Source: Candidatus Poribacteria bacterium (GTDB lineage: Bacteria; Poribacteria; WGA-4E; WGA-3G). Taken from it: DNA of 64,000 nt. Location: NCBI GenBank assembly GCA_965197475.1, contig CBDANF010000003.1, positions 3,136,001-3,200,000 of the forward strand, read 5' to 3'. Positions within the stretch are counted from its first letter, which is position 1. Each line of letters starts with the position of its first letter. This document shows positions 22,488 to 32,253 of this stretch, in pieces. Under the pieces are notes generated by a model. It had not been told where the DNA came from, ran no database searches, and saw only the letters and a program-made list of their open reading frames with translations. Position numbers and translations under genes: made by a program.

Positions 22488-22742
22488 CTTGCCTTATAGG
22501 TGTTAATTTTGGACGTGGGTTGGATGAACGGGAAAAATAGACATATCTAAAATCCGCGTAATCCATTTTATCCGCTATTCAGACAATCCTCACATCCCCT
22601 TCCCAGAAAAACACGATACTTGCCTCGTAAATTGACGTATAAACCAAAATTTCTACACACCTATCAAGTTAAATTCCTCTTGATATATAGCAATATATTT
22701 GTTAAAATGACTATCAATTCATTTGAAAATAGGGAGACCTTC

Positions 22743-23603
22743 ATGATTTTTGGACAAGGAACGCATCAATATAAGGTGCAAGAAAATTGGTGGACACTAC
22801 CGGATGGCTGGGAATTTGGATGGATTCCTGCTGTTGCTGTTGATTCACAGGATCGTGTCTATGTCTATAGCCGAAGCGAACATCCGATGGTGGTTTTTGA
22901 CCGTGATGGGAATTTCCTAACCTCTTGGGGTGATGATATTCTCAAGGATGCACACGGTATTTTCATTGATGACGATGATAACATCTATTGTGTGGAACGC
23001 GAAACGCACGTGATGCATAAATTCACTACAGACGGGGAACTGCTCATGACCCTCGGCACAATGGACAAGCCCGGTGCAGAGGGTAAACCCTTCAATCTGC
23101 CGACAGATTTAGCACTCGGTCCAGATGGTGAGATGTATATCAGTGACGGATATGACAATGCGCGGATTCATAAATATTCACCCGACGGAGAGTTAATTAA
23201 ATCTTGGGGAAAACCGGGAACAGGTCCTGGGGAATTTGACTTACCACACTGTGTCAGAGTTGACCCTCGCAATCGGCTTATGGTTGCAGACCGAGAAAAT
23301 AATCGGATCCAGTTTTTCACTTTGGATGGAGAATACATTGAGGAATGGAGTGACCTGCTGCAACCCGACACGATTTTTATTGACGAAGACGAGCTTGTGT
23401 ACGTTGCAGAACTTGAGCAGCGCGTCTCGATTATGACTTTGGATGGGGAAGTAGTTTCACAATGGGGTAGTGAGCACGGCAGTACCGTTCCTGGAGAATT
23501 TGTGGCTTGTCCACACGGTATCTGGTTAGATTCGCATGGAGACATCTACGTTGGCGAGGTTCAAGCAGATGCAAGATTACAAAAATACATTAGGCAACGG
23601 TAA
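22743..23603 (+). CDS. NHL-repeat protein (peptidyl-alpha-hydroxyglycine amidating lyase-like)
   Basis: 'AHGIFID', 'FNLPTDLA', 'ISDGYDNARIHKY', 'FDLPHCV', 'ADRENNRIQ'; GGAG RBS before 22743. Confidence 0.85.
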   Translation: MIFGQGTHQYKVQENWWTLPDGWEFGWIPAVAVDSQDRVYVYSRSEHPMVVFDRDGNFLTSWGDDILKDAHGIFIDDDDNIYCVERETHVMHKFTTDGELLMTLGTMDKPGAEGKPFNLPTDLALGPDGEMYISDGYDNARIHKYSPDGELIKSWGKPGTGPGEFDLPHCVRVDPRNRLMVADRENNRIQFFTLDGEYIEEWSDLLQPDTIFIDEDELVYVAELEQRVSIMTLDGEVVSQWGSEHGSTVPGEFVACPHGIWLDSHGDIYVGEVQADARLQKYIRQR

Positions 23604-23704
23604 GTCTTTTTCGCTGTCCTTCGATAGAAAAGGATAAACGTGATATTGTCTAAATACTCACAATAGAAACGATGCGTTGGATACCACTGAAAGGATAAAA
23701 TAAA

Positions 23705-25120
23705 ATGGCAGAAAACTTATCATTTTTCCAAAAAGTAAACAAGGATTTTGACAAAGCTGCTCAGTTCACAGAATACCCGCAGGGTTTACTGGACCAAATC
23801 AAAATTTGTAACAGTTCCTGTCATTTTACCTTTCCATTAAAACGTGATGACGGTACCATTCAAACGATGCACGGATGGCGTGCCGAACATAGCCATCACA
23901 ACCTTCCAACAAAAGGTGGAATCCGCTACAGTACATTGGTAAACGAAGATGAGATAATGGCACTTGCCGCTTTGATGACCTATAAATGCGCACTGGTAAA
24001 CCTGCCGTTTGGAGGCGCAAAAGGGGGCATACAACTTGACAGAAATGAGTATTCTGAGAGTGAATTGGAAAGAATCACCCGTCGCTATACTTATGAACTG
24101 ATCCAGAAGAACTATATCGGTCCCGGTGTGGATGTGCCTGCGCCTGATTTCGGAACAAGTGAAAACGAGATGGCGTGGATTCTTGATACATATCTCACAA
24201 TGTCACCCGACAAACTCAATGCTATCGCGTGTGTAACTGGAAAACCGATTGAACAGAACGGAATTCAAGGACGTAGAGAGGCTACAGGACAAGGTGTAGC
24301 CTTCGGATTGGAAGAGGTATGCAGTTTTGAAGACGATATGAAGCAGGTAGGACTTGCTCCCGGTCTGAAAGGGAAAACCGTTGTAATTCAAGGCTTTGGA
24401 AATGTCGGATATCATGCCGCAAAATTCTTAAGCAAATATGAGGCAATAGTTATCGGAATCGCCGAAGTAGAGGGGGCAATCTATAACCAGAATGGATTAG
24501 ATATTGAAAAAGTGTCTATGTTTCGAGAAGAAACTGGCTCAATTCGGCATTTTCCAGACGCAACGTTTATTGAGAATCCGAACCACAGTTTGGAGTTGGA
24601 ATGTGACATTCTTGTTCCCGCAGCGTTAGAAAATCAGATAACTGCGGATAACGCACCACATATAAAAGCTCGGATTGTTGCCGAAGCTGCTAACGGTCCA
24701 ACCACCTCAATAGCTCATGAAATATTGCGACAACGTGGAGTTCTAATCATTCCGGATACATATCTAAACTCTGGTGGTGTAACCGTCTCCTACTTTGAAT
24801 GGCTCCGTAATTTATCGCACGTCGGATTCGGACGGCTTGCCAGAAGGTATGAAGAAAGCGCGTACAATGCAATGCTCCTCTTTATAGAACAAGCCACAGG
24901 ATACCAATTTTCCGACGATGAACGCGGACCTGTACACGGTGCCGATGAAACAGATTTGGTGAACTCAGGTCTTCAAGATACCATGATAAACGCGTATCAA
25001 GAAATCCGAGAAACCCGATTGAAATACGGAAAAGATGTTGTAGATAGCAGAACAGCGGCGTTTATCAATGCTATTCATAAAATTGCGCAATCCTATATGC
25101 AGCTTGGTATTTTTCCATAA
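23705..25120 (+). CDS. gdhA: Glutamate dehydrogenase
   Basis: 'TKGGIRY', 'MTYKCA', 'PFGGAKGG', 'DVPAPD', 'QGFGNVG', 'EAANGP', 'GGVTVSYFEW'. Confidence 0.95.
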   Translation: MAENLSFFQKVNKDFDKAAQFTEYPQGLLDQIKICNSSCHFTFPLKRDDGTIQTMHGWRAEHSHHNLPTKGGIRYSTLVNEDEIMALAALMTYKCALVNLPFGGAKGGIQLDRNEYSESELERITRRYTYELIQKNYIGPGVDVPAPDFGTSENEMAWILDTYLTMSPDKLNAIACVTGKPIEQNGIQGRREATGQGVAFGLEEVCSFEDDMKQVGLAPGLKGKTVVIQGFGNVGYHAAKFLSKYEAIVIGIAEVEGAIYNQNGLDIEKVSMFREETGSIRHFPDATFIENPNHSLELECDILVPAALENQITADNAPHIKARIVAEAANGPTTSIAHEILRQRGVLIIPDTYLNSGGVTVSYFEWLRNLSHVGFGRLARRYEESAYNAMLLFIEQATGYQFSDDERGPVHGADETDLVNSGLQDTMINAYQEIRETRLKYGKDVVDSRTAAFINAIHKIAQSYMQLGIFP

Positions 25121-25129
25121 TTCTATTCA

Positions 25130-25212
25130 TAGTATAGTAAAATATTACATCTACCGGTAGGCGCGCTTTGTAAGCGCGCTGATCAAGGTGCATCGCTAAT
25201 TGTAAAATTTAA
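25130..25212. repeat. Short REP-containing repeat, similar to 59126-59186
   Basis: GTAGGCGCGCTTTGTAAGCGCGC palindrome followed by 'TAATTGTAAAAT' in both copies. Confidence 0.55.
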
Positions 25213-25256
25213 TGAGTGTGCCTCTAACAACACCTAAAAGAGATAAAGGAGAAAAG

Positions 25257-26009
25257 ATGATCTGTTTGAGCGTCAATGTTAACAAAGTCGCAACATTACG
25301 AAATTCGAGGGGAGGTGACATTCCGGATGTCCTTACTGCTGTCAATACTTGTATTGATGCCGGTGCACAAGGCATTACGGTGCATCCCCGTGAGGATCAA
25401 CGTCATATTAGACCAACGGATGTCTATGAAATCGCAGAACGGTTAAAAAAGATAAATGCCGAAAAAAAATACAACATTGAATATAATATTGAAGGTGATC
25501 CACGCCCAGGACTTCTTGAAATGGTGTTGGAGGTGCAACCAACACAATGCACACTCGTCCCAGTTGTCAGCGGAGAAATCACCAGCCACACCGTCTGGAA
25601 TGTCCAAAAAGATGGCGACATGTTGAAACCAATAATAAACACTCTGAAAAATGCTGGAATCCGTATTAGTCTGTTTAGCGGAACCGATCTTGAACAGATA
25701 GAGAGAACAGCGGACATCGGTGCAGACAGAATTGAACTCTACACTGAACCTTATGCGATGGCGCAGACCGATGCTGAAATCGAACGCGAATTTTCGCTTT
25801 TGAAGAAAGCTGGTGAAAAGGCACTTGATTTAGGTCTTGGTACAAACGCAGGGCATGATCTCAATCTTGATAATCTACCTTTGATGCAGAAATTACCAGG
25901 ACTGCTTGAAGTTTCTATTGGACACCACTTGATGGCAGATGCTCTCTATATCGGGTTAGAAGCTGCGGTCAAAGCTTACCGGGCTGTGTTAGGACAGGAT
26001 ATACAATGA
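25257..26009 (+). CDS. pdxJ: Pyridoxine 5'-phosphate synthase
   Basis: 'SVNVNKVATLRNSR', 'ITVHPREDQRHI', 'NIEG', 'IELYT', 'NAGHDL', 'EVSIGH'; AAGGAG RBS. Confidence 0.95.
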   Translation: MICLSVNVNKVATLRNSRGGDIPDVLTAVNTCIDAGAQGITVHPREDQRHIRPTDVYEIAERLKKINAEKKYNIEYNIEGDPRPGLLEMVLEVQPTQCTLVPVVSGEITSHTVWNVQKDGDMLKPIINTLKNAGIRISLFSGTDLEQIERTADIGADRIELYTEPYAMAQTDAEIEREFSLLKKAGEKALDLGLGTNAGHDLNLDNLPLMQKLPGLLEVSIGHHLMADALYIGLEAAVKAYRAVLGQDIQ

Positions 26010-26641
26010 AAAAAACGTGTGCTATCTTCGACCTTGATGGAACGCTTATTCGTCTTTCCTCTGAGAAAGTTTTTCTCAAACATTTGCTGAGCCACGGGGA
26101 AATTCCTGTATCAAATCTGCTGGCGTGGATGTCCTATTTTCTGAAAGTCAGATCGTATCCTGAGGCAAAATCAAACAAAGTCCATCTGCGCGGTTTAGAA
26201 CAGCACCACCTTTGTGAACTTGCACGGGAATGTTTTGCCAATTCACTTCGTGATAGTATAACACCTCACATCTCAACGTTAATACACACCCACCGCAGTG
26301 AAGGACGAACGGTAATTCTGATGTCTGGTTCGCTATCGTTTCTGGTTGAACTCTTTCATGAGCATTTTCAGACAGACATCATGATTGCAGACGAGTTAGA
26401 GGTCGTTGATGGAAGGTTTACCGGCAAACGTATCGGATTGCGTCCTTATGCTCAGAACAAGGCATCCCTGGCGCACCAACTCGCTATGACACATGGGTTT
26501 GACCTTAGCACCTCTTATGCTTATGGAAACCATCACTCTGATGTTTATAAACTTGAATTGTTTGGCTATCCAGTCGCGGTAAACCCGAATCGGGAGCTTC
26601 GCCGAATAGCAACAGAGAGAAATTGGCAGATAGAATTGTAG
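26006..26641 (+). CDS. HAD-IB family hydrolase (SerB-like)
   Basis: 'FDLDGTL', 'SGS', 'AYGNHHSD', 'VAVNP'. Confidence 0.85.
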   Translation: MKKTCAIFDLDGTLIRLSSEKVFLKHLLSHGEIPVSNLLAWMSYFLKVRSYPEAKSNKVHLRGLEQHHLCELARECFANSLRDSITPHISTLIHTHRSEGRTVILMSGSLSFLVELFHEHFQTDIMIADELEVVDGRFTGKRIGLRPYAQNKASLAHQLAMTHGFDLSTSYAYGNHHSDVYKLELFGYPVAVNPNRELRRIATERNWQIEL

Positions 26642-26660
26642 TCATGGGTAGGGGACAACA

Positions 26661-27407
26661 GTGCGGCTTGAGAAATATATCGCTACTTCAGGTATCGCCT
26701 CTCGACGAGCAGTAAAACGAGCAATTCGTGAGGGACATGTCTCCGTAAACGGCACAAAGATTGTCATTCCTGGGCACCCAATTGACGTGGAAAAGGATTA
26801 TATTGAATTTGAAGGAAAACAGGTTGAACCGCTAACAGAATGTATCTATCTCATGTTGAATAAACCTACTGGTTATTTGACAACCCGTCGTGATGAGCGC
26901 GGTCGTCCTACGGTAATGGATCTTTTAGCGGATCTACCTAAATCTATTTATCCAGTAGGGCGTTTGGATTTAGAGACTGAAGGTCTTCTGCTATTTACGA
27001 ACGATGGAAAATTCGCTTATCGGTTGATGCATCCCAGTCATGAGATTGAAAAGACCTATCTCGCGTGGGTAAACGGTGTTCCAAGCAATCGCGCACTGGA
27101 CCGCTTACGTAATGGTGTCGCTATTCCTGGCGGAATAACATCCCCGGCAAAAATCAAGCGGTTAAATGTGAAGCATGTTCCTATTTCAACAGTGAAGAAA
27201 AGAGCAGATAAGAACGAGACAGTATCAAAACTTAGGGTGATTATCCACGAAGGAAAAAAACGGCAGGTCCGTTTTATGTTTAAGGCGGTGGGGCACCGAG
27301 TGATCCGATTGAAACGAACGCGTGTCGGCACATTAGGGTTGGGCAATCTCCCGCAGGGGCAGTATCGATTTCTGACCCCCGCGGAAGTTGCTAAATTACA
27401 AGTTTAG
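26661..27407 (+). CDS. rluB: rRNA pseudouridine synthase (RluB/RsuA family)
   Basis: S4 domain 'RLEKYIA..GIASRR', 'PVGRLDLETEGLLL', 'EGKKRQVR'. Confidence 0.8.
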   Translation: MRLEKYIATSGIASRRAVKRAIREGHVSVNGTKIVIPGHPIDVEKDYIEFEGKQVEPLTECIYLMLNKPTGYLTTRRDERGRPTVMDLLADLPKSIYPVGRLDLETEGLLLFTNDGKFAYRLMHPSHEIEKTYLAWVNGVPSNRALDRLRNGVAIPGGITSPAKIKRLNVKHVPISTVKKRADKNETVSKLRVIIHEGKKRQVRFMFKAVGHRVIRLKRTRVGTLGLGNLPQGQYRFLTPAEVAKLQV

Positions 27408-28612
27408 TTGTCGCCTTCATCTGCGGCTTCCGCAGATGATTTTTTGACATCTGTCAGTACTTTCTCAGCACCTTGCTTCAACCGTTCATTGGTGGTGTGA
27501 TTCATTAACTTTTCAAGCACCGCAATAGATTTATCAAGCTGTCCGTCGAGTGAATAGGTAACCCCAAGATAATACTGAGCAAAGTCATAAACACTGCTCT
27601 TTGGATATGTGTTTATGACTTTTTGGAAGTGCATCTCAGCCATTTTTGCGCTTTCAGCTGCTACACCTTCTGCTTTGCCTTGAATCAGATTGACGTAAGT
27701 GAGTCCGATTTGCATGTGCATATCAGGAAGAAGTCCCGAAATGTTTTCTGGGTCTTTTTCGAAAACCCTTTCACTGAACGGGAGTGCTTTCTTAATTTTC
27801 TTCTGTTGCAAATAGGTAACAGCGATTTTGTGGTTCAACTTGACATCATTAGGCATCTTCTCACTAATCAGAAGTGCTTTGCCAATTTCGTTCTTACTAA
27901 GATAAAAGAAACCGAATTCGCGGTTAAGTTCAACATCATTAGGCATCTTTTTGCTAATCAGAAGTGCTTTGTCAATTTCATTCTTACCAAGATAAAAGAT
28001 ACCGAATTCGCGGTTGAGTTCAACATCGTCAGGCATCTTTTTACTGATCGGAAGTGCTTTGTCAATTTGTTGCCGTTTCAGATAGAGAATGGCAATTTCA
28101 CGGTTCAGTTTGGGATCGTCAGGCTTTTCCATGAATTTCGCCAATTTTTCTTGGAATTCTGCCTCTTTTTTTAGGACATCTTCCATTACAGGTAAAAATT
28201 CATCAGGAGCCGCGTAACCTGAGTGGTTCTTGATAACACCACCATCCGGGGCAATAAACAGAATTGCGGGGAATCCTCTAACCCCGTATTTTTTCCGTGC
28301 TTCCTCATTTGCAGGTTGTTCCTTAATTTCTGGGTTTACTTTGACAGGAATGAAATTCTCTGCGATGGTAACAATACGCGCATCCGTGAATGTGTCGGCA
28401 TCCAGCCGCTTACACCAACCTCACCAATCTGTATAGAAGTCCATCATAATGGGTTTGCCGGTTTCAGTGGCTTGTGAGGTTGCTTCTGCAATAGAAGTTC
28501 CCCATTGGACTTTTTCCCCTTCTGCAAGAACTGGAATTGATACTGCCATTAACAAAAGAACAGTAAGTCCAGCCAGATAGGGGACGTGTCGGTGAAAAAC
28601 AGAATTAAACAT
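27404..28612 (-). CDS. Secreted thioredoxin-fold + TPR-like selenoprotein (UGWC motif), 402 aa
   Basis: AAGGAG RBS and ATG 28612; signal peptide; 'GKPIMMDFYTDW-TGA-GWCKRLD...YGVRGFPAILF' reads in frame through TGA 28421-28423 into ORF 27404-28186; SECIS-like hairpin follows. Confidence 0.85.
27764..28123 (-). repeat. Four tandem 90-bp (30-aa) TPR-like repeats
   Basis: PDDPKLNREIA.../PDDVELNREFG.../PNDVELNREFG.../PNDVKLNHKIA...; the middle two are almost identical at DNA level. Confidence 0.85.
28392..28415 (-). promoter_or_regulatory. Bacterial SECIS element candidate
   Basis: GUGU-AAG-CGGC-[UGGAU]-GCCG-ACAC; the apical loop starts after a 16-nt spacer from the UGA and has G at position 2. 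Confidence 0.7.
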
Positions 28613-28814
28613 TAGTTCTCTCCTTATTTTAACTTGAGCGATCAAAATGAGGCATTTGCCTAAATTGTGATGTTGAGCGGAAATCCGCGCAAACGGGTAC
28701 CGCTTTCATAATTGTTAACATAATATCACATTCAAGAAAAAATGTCCAGAAAAAATAGGATGTGTAAATATTTTGTCACATAGGAGCAATGGATAAAGAA
28801 AACGGCATGTGTTT

Positions 28815-29085
28815 CTACTGTAGGGCGGGGTCTCTGCGCCACGCCAGCAGCACCAGCAGTGCGGAATGTGTAAGAAAACAACCTCCAACACCCTCTTGAG
28901 CCCAGCGGTGCGACAGGTGTATTACAACCCATATAATGGACACCTTTCGCCCCTCTGGGGCTTTGTGAATGGGGGTTACGACTGTTCTATACACCTTTCG
29001 TCCCTCTGGGGCTTAGATATCCAAAATATAGGTTTATTTCCTTAAATTGACATAAGGGTTTCACGGTGTTCCACCCAACCTACAA
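28815..29085. repeat. REP/MITE cluster
   Basis: Two CACCTTTCG(C/T)CCCTCTGGGGCTT units; MITE end CCTTAAATTGACATAAGGG joined to REP half TTTCACGGTGTTCCACCCAACCTAC. Confidence 0.7.
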
Positions 29086-29230
29086 GATGTCAGATGTTTC
29101 GGAAGTGGCTGATATTTAAAGTTCACGAATTGCTTTAAAAGGTTTGATAACATCTTCTAAAATAAGGTATAATGTTATAAACTTTAGCAGATCGCGTGAT
29201 ATAGATATTCCTTGCAAGGAGGAAACATAA

Positions 29231-29458
29231 ATGTCTAATGAACGACTGACATTTGAGGAAACGGAACAGAAATATCCTGACGAATGGTTGTTTATCGTTG
29301 ATTGCGAACACAGCGAAAACACAGAACTTCTGTCAGGACGCGTTTTAGTCCATAGTAAATCCCGTGCTGATATTTATAATGCTTCAGGGCATTATAAAGG
29401 TGGTGCAGCAATACGTTATACTGGTGAACTCCCGAAGGGGATAAGGTACCTGTTATAA
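29231..29458 (+). CDS. Small hypothetical protein (DUF5678-like)
   Basis: AGGAGG RBS; 'KYPDEWLFIVD...GRVLVHSKSR...RYTG'. Confidence 0.7.
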   Translation: MSNERLTFEETEQKYPDEWLFIVDCEHSENTELLSGRVLVHSKSRADIYNASGHYKGGAAIRYTGELPKGIRYLL

Positions 29459-31248
29459 TGACACACAAAATTGCAATTATCGTACTCTTACTTCTTGCCC
29501 TACCAATAGCAGCGGACGCACAGTCAGACTATACGATACCGAAAAAACATCGCGTCATTCAAGAATCGTCAAAGCAGCATGTGAGTGTGCCTGTTGATGC
29601 CCAACTTCCAAATGTAACCTTTACATCCCTGGAAGATAAAACATTCCACCTTAACACCCTCATCAAGCAGGGATCAGTTGTTTTTGTGTTCCTATCCGCA
29701 GAATGCCCAGTTGCCCAACGATACGCAATGCGGTTGAAGCGGATGGATGCCGAATTTTCTGCCAGACATGTTACCTTTATCGGTGTCTATTCCAACGAAA
29801 ACGATTCGGTAGATGATGTCAAGGCATACATAGCACGGGCAGAGTACCCGTTCCCGATTGTCAAGGATACCGATGGAAGTTTAGCTCGCCATCTCGGTGC
29901 GACGATGACCCCACAGGCACATCTTATTGATATGTCTGGTATTCTGCGCTACCGTGGCCCGATTGACGATAATCGCTACGAAACACGGGTAAAGCATAAT
30001 TACCTGAAAGATGCACTCGTAGCAGTGTTGAATGGAAAACCTGTGCCAGTGAAAGAGACACCCGCTTTTGGATGTACAATCCATCTCCCCGAATTGCCTG
30101 TCCAAAACCAGATAACCTATAGTGAACATATCGCACCGATACTACAAAAAAATTGCCTAACCTGTCATCATCAGGATGGGATAGCACCGTTCGCGCTTGC
30201 GGACTATGATAACGTGAAGACACGCGCTGTCAAAATTGCCGAATACACGCAGGCACGCCTCATGCCTCCATGGAAACCGGTGCATGGTTTTGGCGAATTC
30301 AAAAACGAAAGACGACTCACAGACACCGAAATTGATATGATAGCGAAATGGGTTAAAACTGGCACGGCAGCAGGTCCCGCAACCAATGACAAAACTACAC
30401 CACTATCTTCGGAGACATGGACACTCGGAAAACCTGATTGGGTTATTGATACCCCCGAGGAATTTGCCAAGTGCCATGCCTCAATTGTCATTACAGATAA
30501 TTTTAAGAAAGATATATACATACAAGGAGTAGATTTTCAATTAGAGAAAAATAAAACAGTGCGCGGCGTTACCGCAACCTTTGGTGCAAAAATCTTTACA
30601 ATGCGAACTGATCAACTTGATGGATCTCATGTAATTTCAATTGGAATAAGCCCTAACATCAGTGAAAAGGGTTTACATGGTGTATGTACACCGGGTTTTG
30701 CTCCTGTACTTCTACCTGAAGGCATCGGGTATCTGTTGCCAAAGGAGAAAAATATAATCCTAAACATAGAATATCACAACGCTGATCATCAGGAACACGA
30801 CGGTTTGCGGGTAGGACTCTATTTTTCAAAAACACCAGAGACCGCACAGTTACGTAAAGCAACTCTCATGAACCGCCTACTGAAGAAACCAAGAAATTTG
30901 AATCAGTATAATGTGTTTTCTTCATACGACTTCAAATCCGATGTCTATGTTTACGGTGTATATCCATCAATAGATGCATATAAACATAATATGCGGATTG
31001 TTGCCAAAACTCAAACTGATGAACATATTAAAATGCTATGGATTAAGGCATCTGACTTTAAGTGGCAAGATATATACTACTATCAAGAACCGATATTTTT
31101 ACCCGCAGGTTCACGATTGGTATTTGATTTGCAGGAGGATTCGGAAAATCAGAATGTTCGGAAGTTATCCGATCAAAAGAATAAAAAAGCAGCTAAACTA
31201 ACTTGCCACTTCCTTTATGTGTTAGCATCTGAATATACTCCGGATTGA
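29458..31248 (+). CDS. Exported redoxin + c-type heme + copper-monooxygenase-like multidomain protein
   Basis: Signal peptide; 'ECPVAQRY', 'YRGPIDD', 'GCTI'; CLTCH heme motif; 'MPPW', 'DFKWQDIY'. Confidence 0.75.
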   Translation: MTHKIAIIVLLLLALPIAADAQSDYTIPKKHRVIQESSKQHVSVPVDAQLPNVTFTSLEDKTFHLNTLIKQGSVVFVFLSAECPVAQRYAMRLKRMDAEFSARHVTFIGVYSNENDSVDDVKAYIARAEYPFPIVKDTDGSLARHLGATMTPQAHLIDMSGILRYRGPIDDNRYETRVKHNYLKDALVAVLNGKPVPVKETPAFGCTIHLPELPVQNQITYSEHIAPILQKNCLTCHHQDGIAPFALADYDNVKTRAVKIAEYTQARLMPPWKPVHGFGEFKNERRLTDTEIDMIAKWVKTGTAAGPATNDKTTPLSSETWTLGKPDWVIDTPEEFAKCHASIVITDNFKKDIYIQGVDFQLEKNKTVRGVTATFGAKIFTMRTDQLDGSHVISIGISPNISEKGLHGVCTPGFAPVLLPEGIGYLLPKEKNIILNIEYHNADHQEHDGLRVGLYFSKTPETAQLRKATLMNRLLKKPRNLNQYNVFSSYDFKSDVYVYGVYPSIDAYKHNMRIVAKTQTDEHIKMLWIKASDFKWQDIYYYQEPIFLPAGSRLVFDLQEDSENQNVRKLSDQKNKKAAKLTCHFLYVLASEYTPD

Positions 31249-31337
31249 AAGCCTTTTATTCCTATCATTGTGAAAACATTTTACGGTTGGATTTTGTATC
31301 AACTATGAAAAAATAGACTATAAGGAGAACAACAAAA

Positions 31338-32189
31338 ATGCCAAAGTTTGGTGTAAATTTATTATTGTGGGCAGATAAATTTGACAGAGAAACTGCTGAC
31401 CTTATTCCGAAAGTCGCTGAAATGGGATTTGACGGAGTGGAAATCCCAATTTTTGATCCAGATACGGTGGACATCCCTTATACCCAAAGATTACTGAAAG
31501 AAACTGGCTTAGAGACTGTCGGGTGCAATATCATGGCAGGCGATAGGAATCCAATTGACGAAGACCCTGCTATTCGCGAAAACGGGAAAACGTATCTCAA
31601 GCGTACAATTGAGGTTATTGCTGAATTGGGGGCAGATACGCTCGTTGGACCGATGTATAGTGCAGTAGGAAAACTCGTTGGACGTGGTAGAAACGAACAA
31701 GAATGGAGCTGGTGTGTTGAAGGCTTACAAGAGGTAGCCGAATTCGGGGGAAAACACGGTGTTACGCTTGCAAGCGAACCGCTCAACCGCTTTGAAACCT
31801 ATTTCGTTAACATTGCCGAAGATGCCGTTAAACTTTGTCAAGCGGTGGATAGCCCATACTTCAAGGTGCATTTGGATACATTCCACATGAACATTGAGGA
31901 AAAAAATCAAGCAGACGCGATTATTAATACTGGGAATTACCTGCATCACATGCACTGTTGTGAAAATGATCGTGGAACTCCCGGCACAGGGCTTGTTGAT
32001 TGGGATGGCGTATTCGGTGCGCTTGCAAAGGTAAACTACGACAGATGGCTTGTAATAGAGTCGTTTACGCCTGCTGTCAAAGAAATTGCGGCTGCGACAT
32101 GTATCTGGCGTGATATTGCACCGAGTGCCGAAAGTCTCGCTACAGACGGGCTTGCGTTCCTCAAACAGAAGGCGGCTCAGTATCTATAG
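31338..32189 (+). CDS. D-tagatose/D-psicose 3-epimerase family protein
   Basis: 'GFDGVEIP', 'EPLNRFETY', 'LDTFHMNIEE', 'CENDRGTPG', 'IESF'. Confidence 0.85.
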   Translation: MPKFGVNLLLWADKFDRETADLIPKVAEMGFDGVEIPIFDPDTVDIPYTQRLLKETGLETVGCNIMAGDRNPIDEDPAIRENGKTYLKRTIEVIAELGADTLVGPMYSAVGKLVGRGRNEQEWSWCVEGLQEVAEFGGKHGVTLASEPLNRFETYFVNIAEDAVKLCQAVDSPYFKVHLDTFHMNIEEKNQADAIINTGNYLHHMHCCENDRGTPGTGLVDWDGVFGALAKVNYDRWLVIESFTPAVKEIAAATCIWRDIAPSAESLATDGLAFLKQKAAQYL

Positions 32190-32253
32190 CATGCCAAAAA
32201 AGGAAACTTGATAGGAACTCTACGGAATTTTTACCAAAATGGGAGGGATTGAG

